Source: a virus (Duplodnaviria; Caudoviricetes). Taken from it: 54,503 nucleotides of DNA. The position numbers and the translations under genes are program-made. The notes below the pieces were generated by a model. That model was not told where the DNA came from, ran no database searches, and saw nothing but the letters and a program-made list of their open reading frames with translations. The stretch is from IMG/VR virus record IMGVR_UViG_3300031957_001318, positions 1 to 54,503 of that record; one strand, given 5' to 3'. Shown one piece after another: positions 27,189-36,937 of the stretch (the stretch's first letter is position 1; the number at the start of each line of letters is the position of its first letter).

Positions 27189-27344
27189 TTCCTAACCCAA
27201 TATCCTGATTTCTTCCATTTATCCCAAGTGCTTTTGTTCGCTGCGGTCATCCACCCGTCACTATGGCAAACAACACTGCCATCTTCTCTTTGCACAACTA
27301 TCCATTCTCTGCCTTCGTTGAACCAGAAACCAGTGTCGGACGGT

Positions 27345-27587
27345 TCACTCATTGGTCAGCGCCTCCCATGCGGCTAGGGTTCTCTGTATCCCGCTAATTT
27401 CGTATGTGTCGCCAGTCAATGCAGATAGATCATGCATCGCATCTCTTAGGTCTGCCACCAACGCCACAAGCTCAGGTGCGTCGGCACGTATGTAGCGGGT
27501 GTCATTTGGCGAGTACACGTCTGTAACTGACCATCCGCATGGGCTGCCATACATGTTGTATATCCAAATAACCTTCGGCGCTTCCAT
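27345..27587 (-). CDS. Hypothetical protein
   Basis: AAGGA RBS; APKVIW...RYIRAD pattern. Confidence 0.65.
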   Translation of the reverse strand: MEAPKVIWIYNMYGSPCGWSVTDVYSPNDTRYIRADAPELVALVADLRDAMHDLSALTGDTYEISGIQRTLAAWEALTNE

Positions 27588-27740
27588 GTTAGTTGTCCTT
27601 ATTGTAGATTGCTGACATCATATTGACCATGCATAAGAACGCCATAAACTCCCACTCTTCGCCGATATACCAAAATACTGACGTAAAACCAAGACAAATA
27701 AAGCCTAAAAACAAGTGTACGATAGCCATCCTTCAACCTC

Positions 27741-28034
27741 CTACGGTTTCTTGCAAACGGTCCATCCGCTTGCATCCTTACCATTGACATACACCACGCC
27801 GTCACGGATTGCAACCTTTTTCTGCCAGTCTTGCGGTCGCACTCGGATATAACGCATGGTAGCCGGATCGCGGAACAGGACCGTATGGCCCTGTTCGATC
27901 TGAGATATCGCGAACTGATACCGCGCAATATCAGCAATTCGTGACTTACCGGAACGATTGCCGTACATGATTGTGATCCTTGCGTTAGTTTGGCCATTTT
28001 CGTGCATAGTGGTGGCGAATTTGGCGCGGGTCAT
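27741..28034 (-). CDS. Hypothetical protein
   Basis: ATGA coupling; GNRSGKS P-loop-like segment. Confidence 0.55.
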   Translation of the reverse strand: MTRAKFATTMHENGQTNARITIMYGNRSGKSRIADIARYQFAISQIEQGHTVLFRDPATMRYIRVRPQDWQKKVAIRDGVVYVNGKDASGWTVCKKP

Positions 28035-28312
28035 GCAAACACACCTTTAAGAAGCGACAGATTATACTCAAGCTCTCGTTTCTGACGATCCTTAGCGCCA
28101 TGCAAATGATCAGGATGGAAAAATACTTCCGGCGCAAGGCCCTTCTTTGGCAACCTACCAAGAGCGCCTTTCTTGACCGCATCCATAAGCTCCTTGCGGA
28201 CATATGATGGAATTTTACCATTGATAACTTTGCTTCCCCCGGCGCGAATCTTCATCGCGTTAGGGCCGATGCCGCCATCAAGCTCGGTCATCTGTGCAAT
28301 AGTGAGTGCCAT
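28031..28312 (-). CDS. Hypothetical protein
   Basis: AAGGAG RBS; promoter-like TTGCGC...TGCATAGT upstream. Confidence 0.7.
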   Translation of the reverse strand: MALTIAQMTELDGGIGPNAMKIRAGGSKVINGKIPSYVRKELMDAVKKGALGRLPKKGLAPEVFFHPDHLHGAKDRQKRELEYNLSLLKGVFA

Positions 28313-28908
28313 CTTCGTATCTCCTTTGCTGTTGATACGACTATGCACCATGCGGACAGGGTGCGCAAGAGTTATTTTTACTTTTTATGGCTTTTCCAAG
28401 TTTGAATCACGGCCTTAGCCATAAGGGCGCTATATCCTGCGCCCCTAAGCTTACCCACGCACCAATCTTCGCTAGCGCTGTATCTTTCATAACACCTTCT
28501 GACGGCACATAACCTCAGAAACCTTCTATTTATAGACCTGTCAGGCGTTACCCTAAACCAATTCATCACGGCTTTCCATGAATTTCAACCATGCGGTCGA
28601 GATTATCACCGGCTTCCCGCAAATCTTTTTCAGTAATTTTCCCAGCAGCTTTAGCATGAAGGGCCATGATGAAATCGCGTGCAGCCTGACATTGGGGTTT
28701 GTTGGTCTTTTCCATCTGCGTTCTCCTTGTCTATGCAAACACTATGCACCACACCAGCACCACGGTCAACAAGAAAATGCGCCTAACCTCATTTTTTACC
28801 GTTTGGTAAGCAGGCCGTTATTTTTGCCCGTAGAGCGGCCATCTATGCGTTAGGGCAGCCTAACCTATAAAAACGCGACTTGCGCCTGTACGGCGCCACG
28901 CAATCGCT

Positions 28909-29262
28909 CTACGCGCCATCACCGCCAGACTTCGCCCGTAGTGCCGCAAGAACCGCGCTCTGGTGATCTACTGGCGACATAGTGCCGTCCGGACTAGACA
29001 ACTCCTGACGCGCAACGGGCTTCCCATCCTCGCGCTCAATGGCCGTATGGATCAACCGCAACACATCCGCGCGCACATGCTGCAAGGCTTGTTCTTCGCG
29101 CTCGGTCAGGTCACGTGTAACAGCAGAAAGTAACCGCTCCTCGATAGCCATGGCGGCATCGCGGTTGCGCTTTCGTTGCTCGATCTGTTCGCGGGTCAGT
29201 CCTCCGGGGTTACCCGATTGGCCCGGCTGGAACTGTGTATTTTTGTTTGGAAACTCGCCCAT
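28909..29262 (-). CDS. terS: Terminase small subunit (DUF5681-type)
   Basis: TQFQPGQSGNPGG motif, ERE.GKP and QELSSPDGTM tail. Confidence 0.75.
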   Translation of the reverse strand: MGEFPNKNTQFQPGQSGNPGGLTREQIEQRKRNRDAAMAIEERLLSAVTRDLTEREEQALQHVRADVLRLIHTAIEREDGKPVARQELSSPDGTMSPVDHQSAVLAALRAKSGGDGA

Positions 29263-29313
29263 TGTGCACCTGCGCTCAGGTTTTACCGCGCATGAGTTTA
29301 AGCGTGTACATAA

Positions 29314-29766
29314 TCACCCCCAAATATCCTCTTCATCACCTTCATCAACAGGAGCCAGCGCCTTGAACACATCCATCCCAGCTACCTCTGCCTCTAGATG
29401 CCATTCCTCAAGAGCGTATTCACCGGCCTGAGCTAAATAATACACGCCCGACTTATCAAATTCCAGAAGCCCGTCCTTGTAGCACCGATTGACGGCATCC
29501 TGCGCATTGATAGGACTACGGAAGCCAAAAGCAGACGTAAGCCGCCTATTGTTCGCGGACGGCTGATTGGTCCACTGGAACGGCCCCTGTTCGTATGCGT
29601 AGTTTAGCACACGGGCAAGCGATTTTTCCAATGGGCGCGGCTCACCGAACCAGTCAGGGATACGACCATCGGCGCGGATAACTGCAGCGTCGTGTTCATA
29701 CTGCCGCTGCATTGCCTCGCGCAGATCGTCCTGTTCGTTTGGTTGTGTTTGGTCAAATAGGTCCAT
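29314..29766 (-). CDS. Hypothetical protein, possible winged-helix
   Basis: Start placed at MDLFDQ, 6 nt after TTTACA-17-TATCAC; CYKDGLLE..GVYYL segment. Confidence 0.55.
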   Translation of the reverse strand: MDLFDQTQPNEQDDLREAMQRQYEHDAAVIRADGRIPDWFGEPRPLEKSLARVLNYAYEQGPFQWTNQPSANNRRLTSAFGFRSPINAQDAVNRCYKDGLLEFDKSGVYYLAQAGEYALEEWHLEAEVAGMDVFKALAPVDEGDEEDIWG

Positions 29767-29804
29767 AGGGAGGTGATAGCGTATTGTGGTGTGGTTGTAA
29801 AGAT

Positions 29805-29826
29805 AGGCCCCGCCGAAGCGGGGCTG
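29805..29826. terminator. Stem-loop / terminator
   Basis: GCCCCGC-CGAA-GCGGGGC. Confidence 0.6.
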
Positions 29827-29831
29827 TTGTG

Positions 29832-30131
29832 TCAAATGCCATACAACTCTCGATGTTTATCCATCTGCGATCTTTTCCATTCATAGATCGCGTCGTAAAT
29901 GCAGTCGTAGTTCTCTGTCGCATCGCCATCAATTCCTTGCGTCCATACGGTTTCTTTTTTGCTGTGTCCTAGGCGGATTGTTGCTCCGTCACCATAAAGT
30001 CCCATAAGGCAAGCTGCTGCTGCGTAATCGTGCGCGCTTGCTTGGTACTTACCAGTTGCGTCAAAAATCTTGATTTGCGGTGCTGCGGCCATTTCTATCT
30101 TCCTTCTCTCTGGCGTAATCGCCGTTTCCAT
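29832..30131 (-). CDS. Hypothetical protein
   Basis: AGGA RBS; promoter-like TTGCGT...TGGCATACAT upstream. Confidence 0.65.
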   Translation of the reverse strand: METAITPERRKIEMAAAPQIKIFDATGKYQASAHDYAAAACLMGLYGDGATIRLGHSKKETVWTQGIDGDATENYDCIYDAIYEWKRSQMDKHRELYGI

Positions 30132-30310
30132 GTCCTATGTATGCCATGGCGCGATGCGTGACGCAAGAGGAAAAATGCACTACTGGCTAGATTTTTTCAT
30201 CTGCACCAACTTATACCCCAGCAGTTTGATTGCCGTCCTTTGATCCGGCGCAAGCTCGCGCGTCGGGGGCCATGCGTAGCCCAGACGGGCCTCGATGATC
30301 TGGCGGGCGG

Positions 30311-31075
30311 TCATTCCCCGGCCTCCCTTGCATCGGCGGCGGCGAGGATGGCGCCACGGATGGCCACGCGCATTGACACGTCGTCGTGTCCGTACTCATA
30401 GCGATCACCGCCGGGCGCAAAATCTTCGACCATCTCCGCCGCCTCCCGCATCCCCTCGACCACCTTGGCGCGGTCACGGGCTGTGAGGGCGTCGGGCTGG
30501 GGCTGGGCCGGGTTGACTGGCTTGCCGAACTTGTCCCGCTCCAACGTCGCCGCGATCAGCGCGTCACGCTCGGCCTGCGCGGCGGGGTTTGGTTCGAGGG
30601 CGGCGAGGATGCGACGGGCGTAGTCGGCCTGGGCTGCGGCCTTTGCGGCCTCCATACTCACAGCCTCAGTGCCGTTGAAGTAGCAGTCTGAACCATCGTC
30701 ATGGGTGCGGTGAAGCCACGCATACCACCTTACTCCGCCAATCTTATCTTTCCAGCCGCCTTCGATTTCATACTCGCCCGTTTCACACTGGGCTGCCGAA
30801 TGAAGATCGCTTCCGTTCCACTCCAACGCGCGCACCCTCACCTCCCCTTCCATAGCGGCGGCAAGCTGGGCCTCGGCGGCGGTGGCGCGGGCTTTGTTCT
30901 CGTTGGCACGGGACTCCTGCTCATTCACCTCGCGTTGCAGAGCCTCTTTCTCGGCGCGCAGGGCGGTTATGGCGTCGGCGGCATCATCTGCCCAATTCGG
31001 GAAGCCACTCCCGCCGATCTGCCTCAGCGACTCCTCCAGCGCGTCCAGCGTCTCTTTCGACAGGTCAGCGGTCAT
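30311..31075 (-). CDS. Hypothetical coiled-coil phage protein in a GC-rich block
   Basis: AAGGAG RBS; VRALEW and AAKAAAQADY..RILAALE motifs. Confidence 0.7.
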   Translation of the reverse strand: MTADLSKETLDALEESLRQIGGSGFPNWADDAADAITALRAEKEALQREVNEQESRANENKARATAAEAQLAAAMEGEVRVRALEWNGSDLHSAAQCETGEYEIEGGWKDKIGGVRWYAWLHRTHDDGSDCYFNGTEAVSMEAAKAAAQADYARRILAALEPNPAAQAERDALIAATLERDKFGKPVNPAQPQPDALTARDRAKVVEGMREAAEMVEDFAPGGDRYEYGHDDVSMRVAIRGAILAAADAREAGE

Positions 31076-31340
31076 GGCGGGTCTCCTTCCGGGCGCGGTG
31101 GGCGGCGAGGGCGGTCATGAGCGCGCCCTGCAAGTCGGTGTCAGGCACGCACTCGATGCCGTGGTCTCGGTCGATGGTGGCAACCGCCCCCGCCAGCCGC
31201 TCCGCATCCGCCTCAGCCGCTTCCAACGCATCCGCCATCTTCATCAACAGATCATCAGCGCGATAATCGCCAAGCATGACACGCGGCAGGACTTCACTGC
31301 CCTCAGCGCGTCGTGCGGATTCGATAAGTTTGTTTGTCAT
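31065..31340 (-). CDS. Hypothetical protein
   Basis: GAGG RBS; coupled with neighbours. Confidence 0.6.
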   Translation of the reverse strand: MTNKLIESARRAEGSEVLPRVMLGDYRADDLLMKMADALEAAEADAERLAGAVATIDRDHGIECVPDTDLQGALMTALAAHRARKETRHDR

Positions 31341-31609
31341 TGTTCACCTCGTGCTTTGGCTAGAGCGGCGTTGATACCCTGCATATCAAACCGACCGTCA
31401 ATATCAAGCCACATCGCGGCCATTTCAAGCGCGCGATACAACTCAGGCGCGGCGGCGAACACATGCGGCCCGTGCGATCCGAAGTAGCCACCGATAGCCA
31501 CATACGCATCACTCCAACCTGTGCCATCATAATCAGTATCCAAGTCTGCGTTTTCAATCCGCGCGTGTTGCGGTTCATCATCGCAGCGCCAAACTACTTC
31601 CAGTTTCAT
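31337..31609 (-). CDS. Hypothetical protein
   Basis: GGAGG RBS; AAAPELYRALE...AALAKARGE phage motif. Confidence 0.7.
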   Translation of the reverse strand: MKLEVVWRCDDEPQHARIENADLDTDYDGTGWSDAYVAIGGYFGSHGPHVFAAAPELYRALEMAAMWLDIDGRFDMQGINAALAKARGEQ

Positions 31610-31671
31610 TATGCAGTCCTCCGTTGGTGTTCTGTCTAGGGTATGCCATGGGTGGCGGGTGGTGTCAAGCG

Positions 31672-31902
31672 TTATTCGACACGCCAGATGCGGACACCAC
31701 CGTCAACTGTCCTGCCTGCGAACTTAACGCCGTTCTTGTATGCATATGCATTTGCAGCGGCATACGGCTTGCACTGAGGCCCGATCTTCTCGCCATCAAA
31801 GAACAGACTATCCCCAACCGCCATTTCACCAAACGGATACTTTGGCTTTCTGCCTCTGGTTGATGCTTTCGGATTGAACTCAATTCCGGTTTCTATTTTC
31901 AT
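31672..31902 (-). CDS. Small DNA-binding protein
   Basis: GRKPKYPFGEMAVGDS...GVRIWRVE motif; TTGACA promoter at ~31957 on minus. Confidence 0.75.
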   Translation of the reverse strand: MKIETGIEFNPKASTRGRKPKYPFGEMAVGDSLFFDGEKIGPQCKPYAAANAYAYKNGVKFAGRTVDGGVRIWRVE

Positions 31903-31999
31903 AGCAATTTCTCCATTTTTGAAATTAATAAATAGTGCATAAATATAGCAATGTCAAGTCGTGATGTCCGGGATTACAAATTCAAAAAACGTGAAAGTA

Positions 32000-32270
32000 A
32001 TATTCTTTCGCCCTAACCGATGGTTAGACTCGGTAGGGGTCTGGGTTAGAAATTTCAAAGCCGCTAAGTCCCTTTACTTACTTACTTTTCTTTAAAGGTA
32101 AGGTAAGGTAATGACTTTCTAACCACTTTCTGAGAATACGTCAACCTATACGCGCGCCCGCACACGCGCCCGCGCACGCGCGCATTGCCTCGCTCGTTTT
32201 TTGGTTGGTTAGTTAGAAAAGCCATTAAGTAGTTGTTTTTTCTTGATTGTAGTCTAACCGTTTGGCGCGA
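32000..32270. repeat. Putative replication origin with GGTTAG(A)/TCTAACC iterons
   Basis: CTAACC or GGTTAG at 32013, 32022, 32044, 32118, 32207 and 32253; TTAC x3 and AAGGT x3; CG-rich tract 32150-32184; lies at the strand switch before the primase gene. Confidence 0.5.
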
Positions 32271-32279
32271 TATGGCCTC

Positions 32280-32310
32280 TTGACTACCTGTACACACCCA
32301 TGCTATACCG
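32280..32310 (+). promoter_or_regulatory. Promoter of the replication operon
   Basis: TTGACT...TGCTATACC upstream of GGAGG RBS. Confidence 0.55.
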
Positions 32311-32331
32311 TTCCCCGCACATGGAGGACAC

Positions 32332-34908
32332 ATGCTAGACGACTTCATCAAAGCCATGCACGACGCGGGGATTGGACCTGTACACCCTGACCGCATCGTT
32401 GCAGACGACACAATTCACAGGTACGAGGTAGACGGAGACCGACGCGGAACCAAGAACGGGGTTTACCGCTTGGCCGTGGATGGCGACTTCGGCTATGGAT
32501 TTTTTATGAGCCATAAGACGGGCGAGGTCCACAAGTGGCACACTAAGGCTAAACGCAATTGGTCTGCGGATGAGAAGAAAGCGCACAAAGAGCGGATTGA
32601 GGCGCGACGGGTTGAAGCAGAGCGGCAACGTAAGATGGCGGCTGATGCGGCAACTGAGGAAGCGCAAGAACGATGGGCGCGGGCTAGCCGTGATGGAACG
32701 TCTCAATACTGCATCGACAAGGGTATTGATGTTAAGGGCGTCCGGTATGACGGCGACGAGTTGCTGGTGCCTATGTGGCGCGATGGTCGGATGGTATCTG
32801 TTCAGCGTGTGATGCCGGACGGAACGAAATTGTTCATCAAGGGAAGTGACCACGTTGGGGCTTACTTCTCGATTGGCACTGACACTAGCACGATTGCGAT
32901 CTGCGAGGGTGTGGCGACTGGGGCTGTAGTGCATCGGCTGACTGGGTGGGCTGTTATCTGCGCGTTTAACGCGGGGAATTTGAAACCCGTAGCGAAGACG
33001 ATGCGCGATAAATACCCGGATGCGCGGATCGTAATCACGGCTGACAATGACCATGAGACAGCGGCGCGGCGTCCTGAGTTGGGTAATCCGGGGATGGATA
33101 AGGCGGCACAGGCGGCTGTTGCTATTGGTGGCGCGCAGGTGATTGCACCGCCTAGTGATGAAGGCGTGTCCGATTGGGACGACTACGCGCGGGCTTCGGG
33201 TGATGATGCGGCGCGGGATGCGTTGACGGCTGTTGCTAGTGTGGTGCCTGTGGCGGAATCGGACGATTGGGAACCTGTCAGTGAACCGCCTGCTACTCGG
33301 GATGATCCTTTTGATGAAATCAGACCGATGGGGCACAATCGCGGAGAGTATTATTTCTTTCCTAGGTCAACTGGCCAGATCATGTCATTCAGCGCGACGG
33401 CACTGTCACGCGCGGCGAACCTATACCAGTTGGCGGGCCGTGGTTTTTGGTTAGCACTTTATGCGCCAGAAACGTCAATGGGGACGATTGCGGACTATGC
33501 CAGCGCGGAATTGATTGCAGAATGTCATCGTCGCGGGGTGTTCAGTATCGAGAACGTGCGCGGCGTTGGGGTATGGCGAGATAAGGGGAAGTATTTGGTA
33601 AACTGCGGCGATGTGATCGTGGGTGAGGGTGTGAGGATGCATCCTAGCGCATATGAGGGCGCGGCGGTATATGAGGCTGGGCCTAGGGTTATTGACCTTG
33701 ACGTCGAACCACTGGCAACGCGTGACGCGGCTGAGTTTCGCGCGTTGTGTAATATGCCAACTTGGAAGCGGGCGCAGTTTGGTGACTTGCTGGCCGGGTT
33801 CTGTGTTATCAGCATGGTCGGATCGGCGTTGAAATGGCGTCCTCATATCGCTGTAAGCGGCCAGAGGGGAGCGGGCAAGTCAACCGTTATGGACGAGATT
33901 ATCAAGCGCGCATTGGGTGACATTGCTATCAAGCGAGACGGTGGCACGACTGAGGCGGGCGTTAGGAAGGCAATCGGCATGTCTGGGCGTCCGTTCGTGA
34001 TGGATGAGGCAGAGAGTGAGGGGCAGGCGCGTCTGGAGATGGATAAAATCCTGTTCCTTATCCGTCGTGCGTCGTCGGGCAGTATTGTCGAGAACGCAAA
34101 CGCAACGTATGTTATCCGGTCATGCTTCGTGCTGGCTGCTATCAACCCACGGATTGAGCAGGGCGCAGATAGGGCGCGGTTTACACAATTGGAGTTGATG
34201 CAGAATAAGCGGCCAGATGCGGCAGACCATTATCAACGGTTGCTGGATAAGATTGACACTGTGTTGACTGGAGACTTTCCAGCTAGGCTGATGGCTAGGA
34301 CTGTGGCTAATCTTGACGTTTTGATTGATAACGTCAAGACGTTCGGTGATGCGATTGCGCGGATGATCGGGGATAAGCGGTCAGGGGATCAGCTAGGGCC
34401 TATGATTGCGGGTGCTTATTCACTTGTCAGCACTAAGCGGGTAACGATGGAATTTGCAACTGATTGGATCAACAAACAGGAATGGGATTGGCACGAAGGC
34501 GGGAACGACAAGACCGACGCCGAGGCGCTGGTTGAGCATATCCTTATGAGCCGCGTGCGTTATGACCAAGACGGCATGGGGCGCGAGAGTACTATTGGTG
34601 ATCTTGTGACTAAGGCGGCTGGCAATCCAGACGCGGCTAAGGGTCTCGGGGCTTACGGCATCAAGGTTGACGGGGATAGGTTGGTTATCAGCAATTCCAG
34701 CCCCGGATTGCGTAAGGTTTTGGATCAAACACCTTGGGCAGTATGGCGGCGCACGTTGTCGGATTATGTTGGGGCTGATAACTACGGTAACAAGATCGTG
34801 TATTTCGGAAGCGGGTTGAGTAGTAAGGCGGTTAGTATTCCGCTGGCATCGGCGGTTGGTATGAGTGACGTTAGCGGCGATGACGATTGGGATATGGAGG
34901 GTTTTTGA
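32332..34908 (+). CDS. Primase-helicase (TOPRIM plus P-loop NTPase)
   Basis: TOPRIM motifs ICEGVATG, AFNAGNL, ADND, DWDD; Walker A GQRGAGKS, Walker B FVMDEAE. Confidence 0.88.
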   Translation: MLDDFIKAMHDAGIGPVHPDRIVADDTIHRYEVDGDRRGTKNGVYRLAVDGDFGYGFFMSHKTGEVHKWHTKAKRNWSADEKKAHKERIEARRVEAERQRKMAADAATEEAQERWARASRDGTSQYCIDKGIDVKGVRYDGDELLVPMWRDGRMVSVQRVMPDGTKLFIKGSDHVGAYFSIGTDTSTIAICEGVATGAVVHRLTGWAVICAFNAGNLKPVAKTMRDKYPDARIVITADNDHETAARRPELGNPGMDKAAQAAVAIGGAQVIAPPSDEGVSDWDDYARASGDDAARDALTAVASVVPVAESDDWEPVSEPPATRDDPFDEIRPMGHNRGEYYFFPRSTGQIMSFSATALSRAANLYQLAGRGFWLALYAPETSMGTIADYASAELIAECHRRGVFSIENVRGVGVWRDKGKYLVNCGDVIVGEGVRMHPSAYEGAAVYEAGPRVIDLDVEPLATRDAAEFRALCNMPTWKRAQFGDLLAGFCVISMVGSALKWRPHIAVSGQRGAGKSTVMDEIIKRALGDIAIKRDGGTTEAGVRKAIGMSGRPFVMDEAESEGQARLEMDKILFLIRRASSGSIVENANATYVIRSCFVLAAINPRIEQGADRARFTQLELMQNKRPDAADHYQRLLDKIDTVLTGDFPARLMARTVANLDVLIDNVKTFGDAIARMIGDKRSGDQLGPMIAGAYSLVSTKRVTMEFATDWINKQEWDWHEGGNDKTDAEALVEHILMSRVRYDQDGMGRESTIGDLVTKAAGNPDAAKGLGAYGIKVDGDRLVISNSSPGLRKVLDQTPWAVWRRTLSDYVGADNYGNKIVYFGSGLSSKAVSIPLASAVGMSDVSGDDDWDMEGF

Positions 34909-35267
34909 TGCGCGTATTGGTGTGTGGTGGCCGGGATTTTGATAATGAGGCATGGATTTATGACGCATTGAATAAGGTCTATGCAAAATATGGTGATAAC
35001 TTAGAGATAATCACAGGCGCATGTCCAGAAGGTGCAGACAATATTGCAGAAAAATGGGCTAAAGAAATGCAAGTTGACTATCGTGGATTGCCCGCAAAAT
35101 GGACTAAACAAGGACGCTCGGCAGGCCCAATCCGCAACAAGCGGATGCGCGACACCACGCAACCTGACGCATGCATTGCATTTCCCGGAGGTAATGGCAC
35201 TAAGGGAATGATTGCGCTTATGCGCGAGATTGGGATTGAGCCTTGGCTAGTCGGGTGGAGTGAATAA
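34908..35267 (+). CDS. SLOG / YspA-like (DUF2493) protein
   Basis: MRVLVCGGRDF, GAD, AGPIRNKRM and AFPGGNGT motifs. Confidence 0.85.
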   Translation: MRVLVCGGRDFDNEAWIYDALNKVYAKYGDNLEIITGACPEGADNIAEKWAKEMQVDYRGLPAKWTKQGRSAGPIRNKRMRDTTQPDACIAFPGGNGTKGMIALMREIGIEPWLVGWSE

Positions 35268-35539
35268 TGCGCGACGAATTTAACCTTGGATATTTTGACG
35301 GCGAAACGTGGGCAGATAGGGCGGAACGTCTTGGATTGGCGCTAGGCTTTCCGAAATGTTGTGTTGCCGAATGGATTAATGAAATTGATTTGCCGAGCCA
35401 CCAACGAAGAAAATTAGACGGAACCGGGTATATTCCGTGCAGAAAGTGCAATGAAAAGACCGAAGATGAATTAGTTTCTGTTATTAACACTAACCGTCTT
35501 TGTTACACTCCATTTCCTATTGATCCTTGGAGTTCGTGA
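35267..35539 (+). CDS. Hypothetical Cys-containing protein
   Basis: GFPKCC and GYIPCRKC motifs. Confidence 0.65.
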   Translation: MRDEFNLGYFDGETWADRAERLGLALGFPKCCVAEWINEIDLPSHQRRKLDGTGYIPCRKCNEKTEDELVSVINTNRLCYTPFPIDPWSS

Positions 35540-36937
35540 ATGACCCACGTCACGCTATACGATGACCAAACCGCATTCGTTTCTGACATTCAATCCGCCA
35601 TGCGACGAACTAAGAACGTTCTAGCGTGCCTGCCAACTGGCGGTGGAAAAACTAGGGTTGCGGCGCATATGATTGACCGTATCAGGCTTAAGGGTAATCG
35701 CGCTGGCTTTATGGTGCCGAGGCGAGAACTTCTAAGGCAGACAACCGAGACAATGAATGAGTTTCGTATTCCTCATGGACACATCGCGGCGGGCTATCCT
35801 GTCAATCCTTTTTCCAAGGTGCAGTTGATTACGTCAGGAACGCTTGCCCGTAGGTTGGACAAAGCGCCTAATCTTTCGGTCTTATTTGTCGATGAGTGTC
35901 ATTTTGGCGGTGCCGAATTGGATCGGATTATCAGGCACTATCAGGCGCAAGGTACGTGGGTAATCGGACTGTCTGCAACGCCAATGAAAACTTCCGGTCA
36001 AGGGATGGGCGATTGGTATAACGAGTTGGTGCAAGGGCCTAGTATTCGCTGGCTCATGGATCATGGGCGGTTGTCTGATTATCGATTGTTTGCGCCGAAT
36101 AGGCCGGACCTTAGCGGCATCAAGACGGTTGCTGGTGACTATGCTAAGGGTGAATTGGCGAGTTACATGGAGAGTGACAGGGTTCTGATCGGGAACGCGG
36201 CAAAGCACTACAAAGCGCATGCAATGGGCCGTTTGAATGTGGTGTTCTGCACGTCGATCAAGCACGCTGAGATTACATGCCAAGTGTTCAAAGACGCGGG
36301 TATTCCTAGCGCAGTTGTGCACGGGAAAATGGCGGATGATGAAATCGCGGCAACAGTGAAGGCATTTGCTAGGCGCGAGATTTTGGCGCTGTGTAGCGTT
36401 GACTTGTTGACATTTGGGTTCGACTTGGCTCAGGCGGCACGGATGGATGTGACGGTTGAGTGCTTATCAGACTTGCGGCCCACTAAGTCATTGCCGTTGC
36501 AATTGCAGAAGTGGGGCAGGGCGTTGCGGATGAAAAAAGAGCCTGCTTTGATATTCGACCATGCCGGGAACAGCCATGACAGTATGCACGGGTTGCCTGA
36601 TACTGATAGGGAGTGGACGCTAGAGGCTAGGGATAAGAAAAAGCGCGGCGATGCAGAAAAGACTGAACCAACCCGCCAATGCCAAGAGTGTTTTTTCGTG
36701 CATCGTCCGTCCCCATGCTGCCCTAACTGCGGGTTTGAATATCCTGTCATGGGGCGCATGATCGAGGAGGTAGAAGGCGAACTAGAGGAGGTCACAGGAC
36801 GCCAGATGACACCGAAACAGGAAATCGGGTTTATCGCCCGCACTGAGGGGTTGCAAGGGTTGATCGCTTATGGTAAGTCTAAGGGGTATTCGCCGGGGTG
36901 GGCGAGGAAGCAGGCGCAGATTAGGAGGATGGTGTGA
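35540..36937 (+). CDS. SF2 DEAD/DEAH-box helicase with C-terminal zinc finger
   Basis: LPTGGGKT, DECH, GLSATP and QKWGRALR motifs; CQEC..CPNC. Confidence 0.9.
   Translation: MTHVTLYDDQTAFVSDIQSAMRRTKNVLACLPTGGGKTRVAAHMIDRIRLKGNRAGFMVPRRELLRQTTETMNEFRIPHGHIAAGYPVNPFSKVQLITSGTLARRLDKAPNLSVLFVDECHFGGAELDRIIRHYQAQGTWVIGLSATPMKTSGQGMGDWYNELVQGPSIRWLMDHGRLSDYRLFAPNRPDLSGIKTVAGDYAKGELASYMESDRVLIGNAAKHYKAHAMGRLNVVFCTSIKHAEITCQVFKDAGIPSAVVHGKMADDEIAATVKAFARREILALCSVDLLTFGFDLAQAARMDVTVECLSDLRPTKSLPLQLQKWGRALRMKKEPALIFDHAGNSHDSMHGLPDTDREWTLEARDKKKRGDAEKTEPTRQCQECFFVHRPSPCCPNCGFEYPVMGRMIEEVEGELEEVTGRQMTPKQEIGFIARTEGLQGLIAYGKSKGYSPGWARKQAQIRRMV

Noticed and set aside
26100-32000. Lysogeny module
   Set aside because: No integrase, ParA or CI-like repressor motifs recognised among these ORFs
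32335-33336. 333-aa minus-strand ORF
   Set aside because: Antisense shadow of the primase gene with atypical Arg/His/Ser-rich composition
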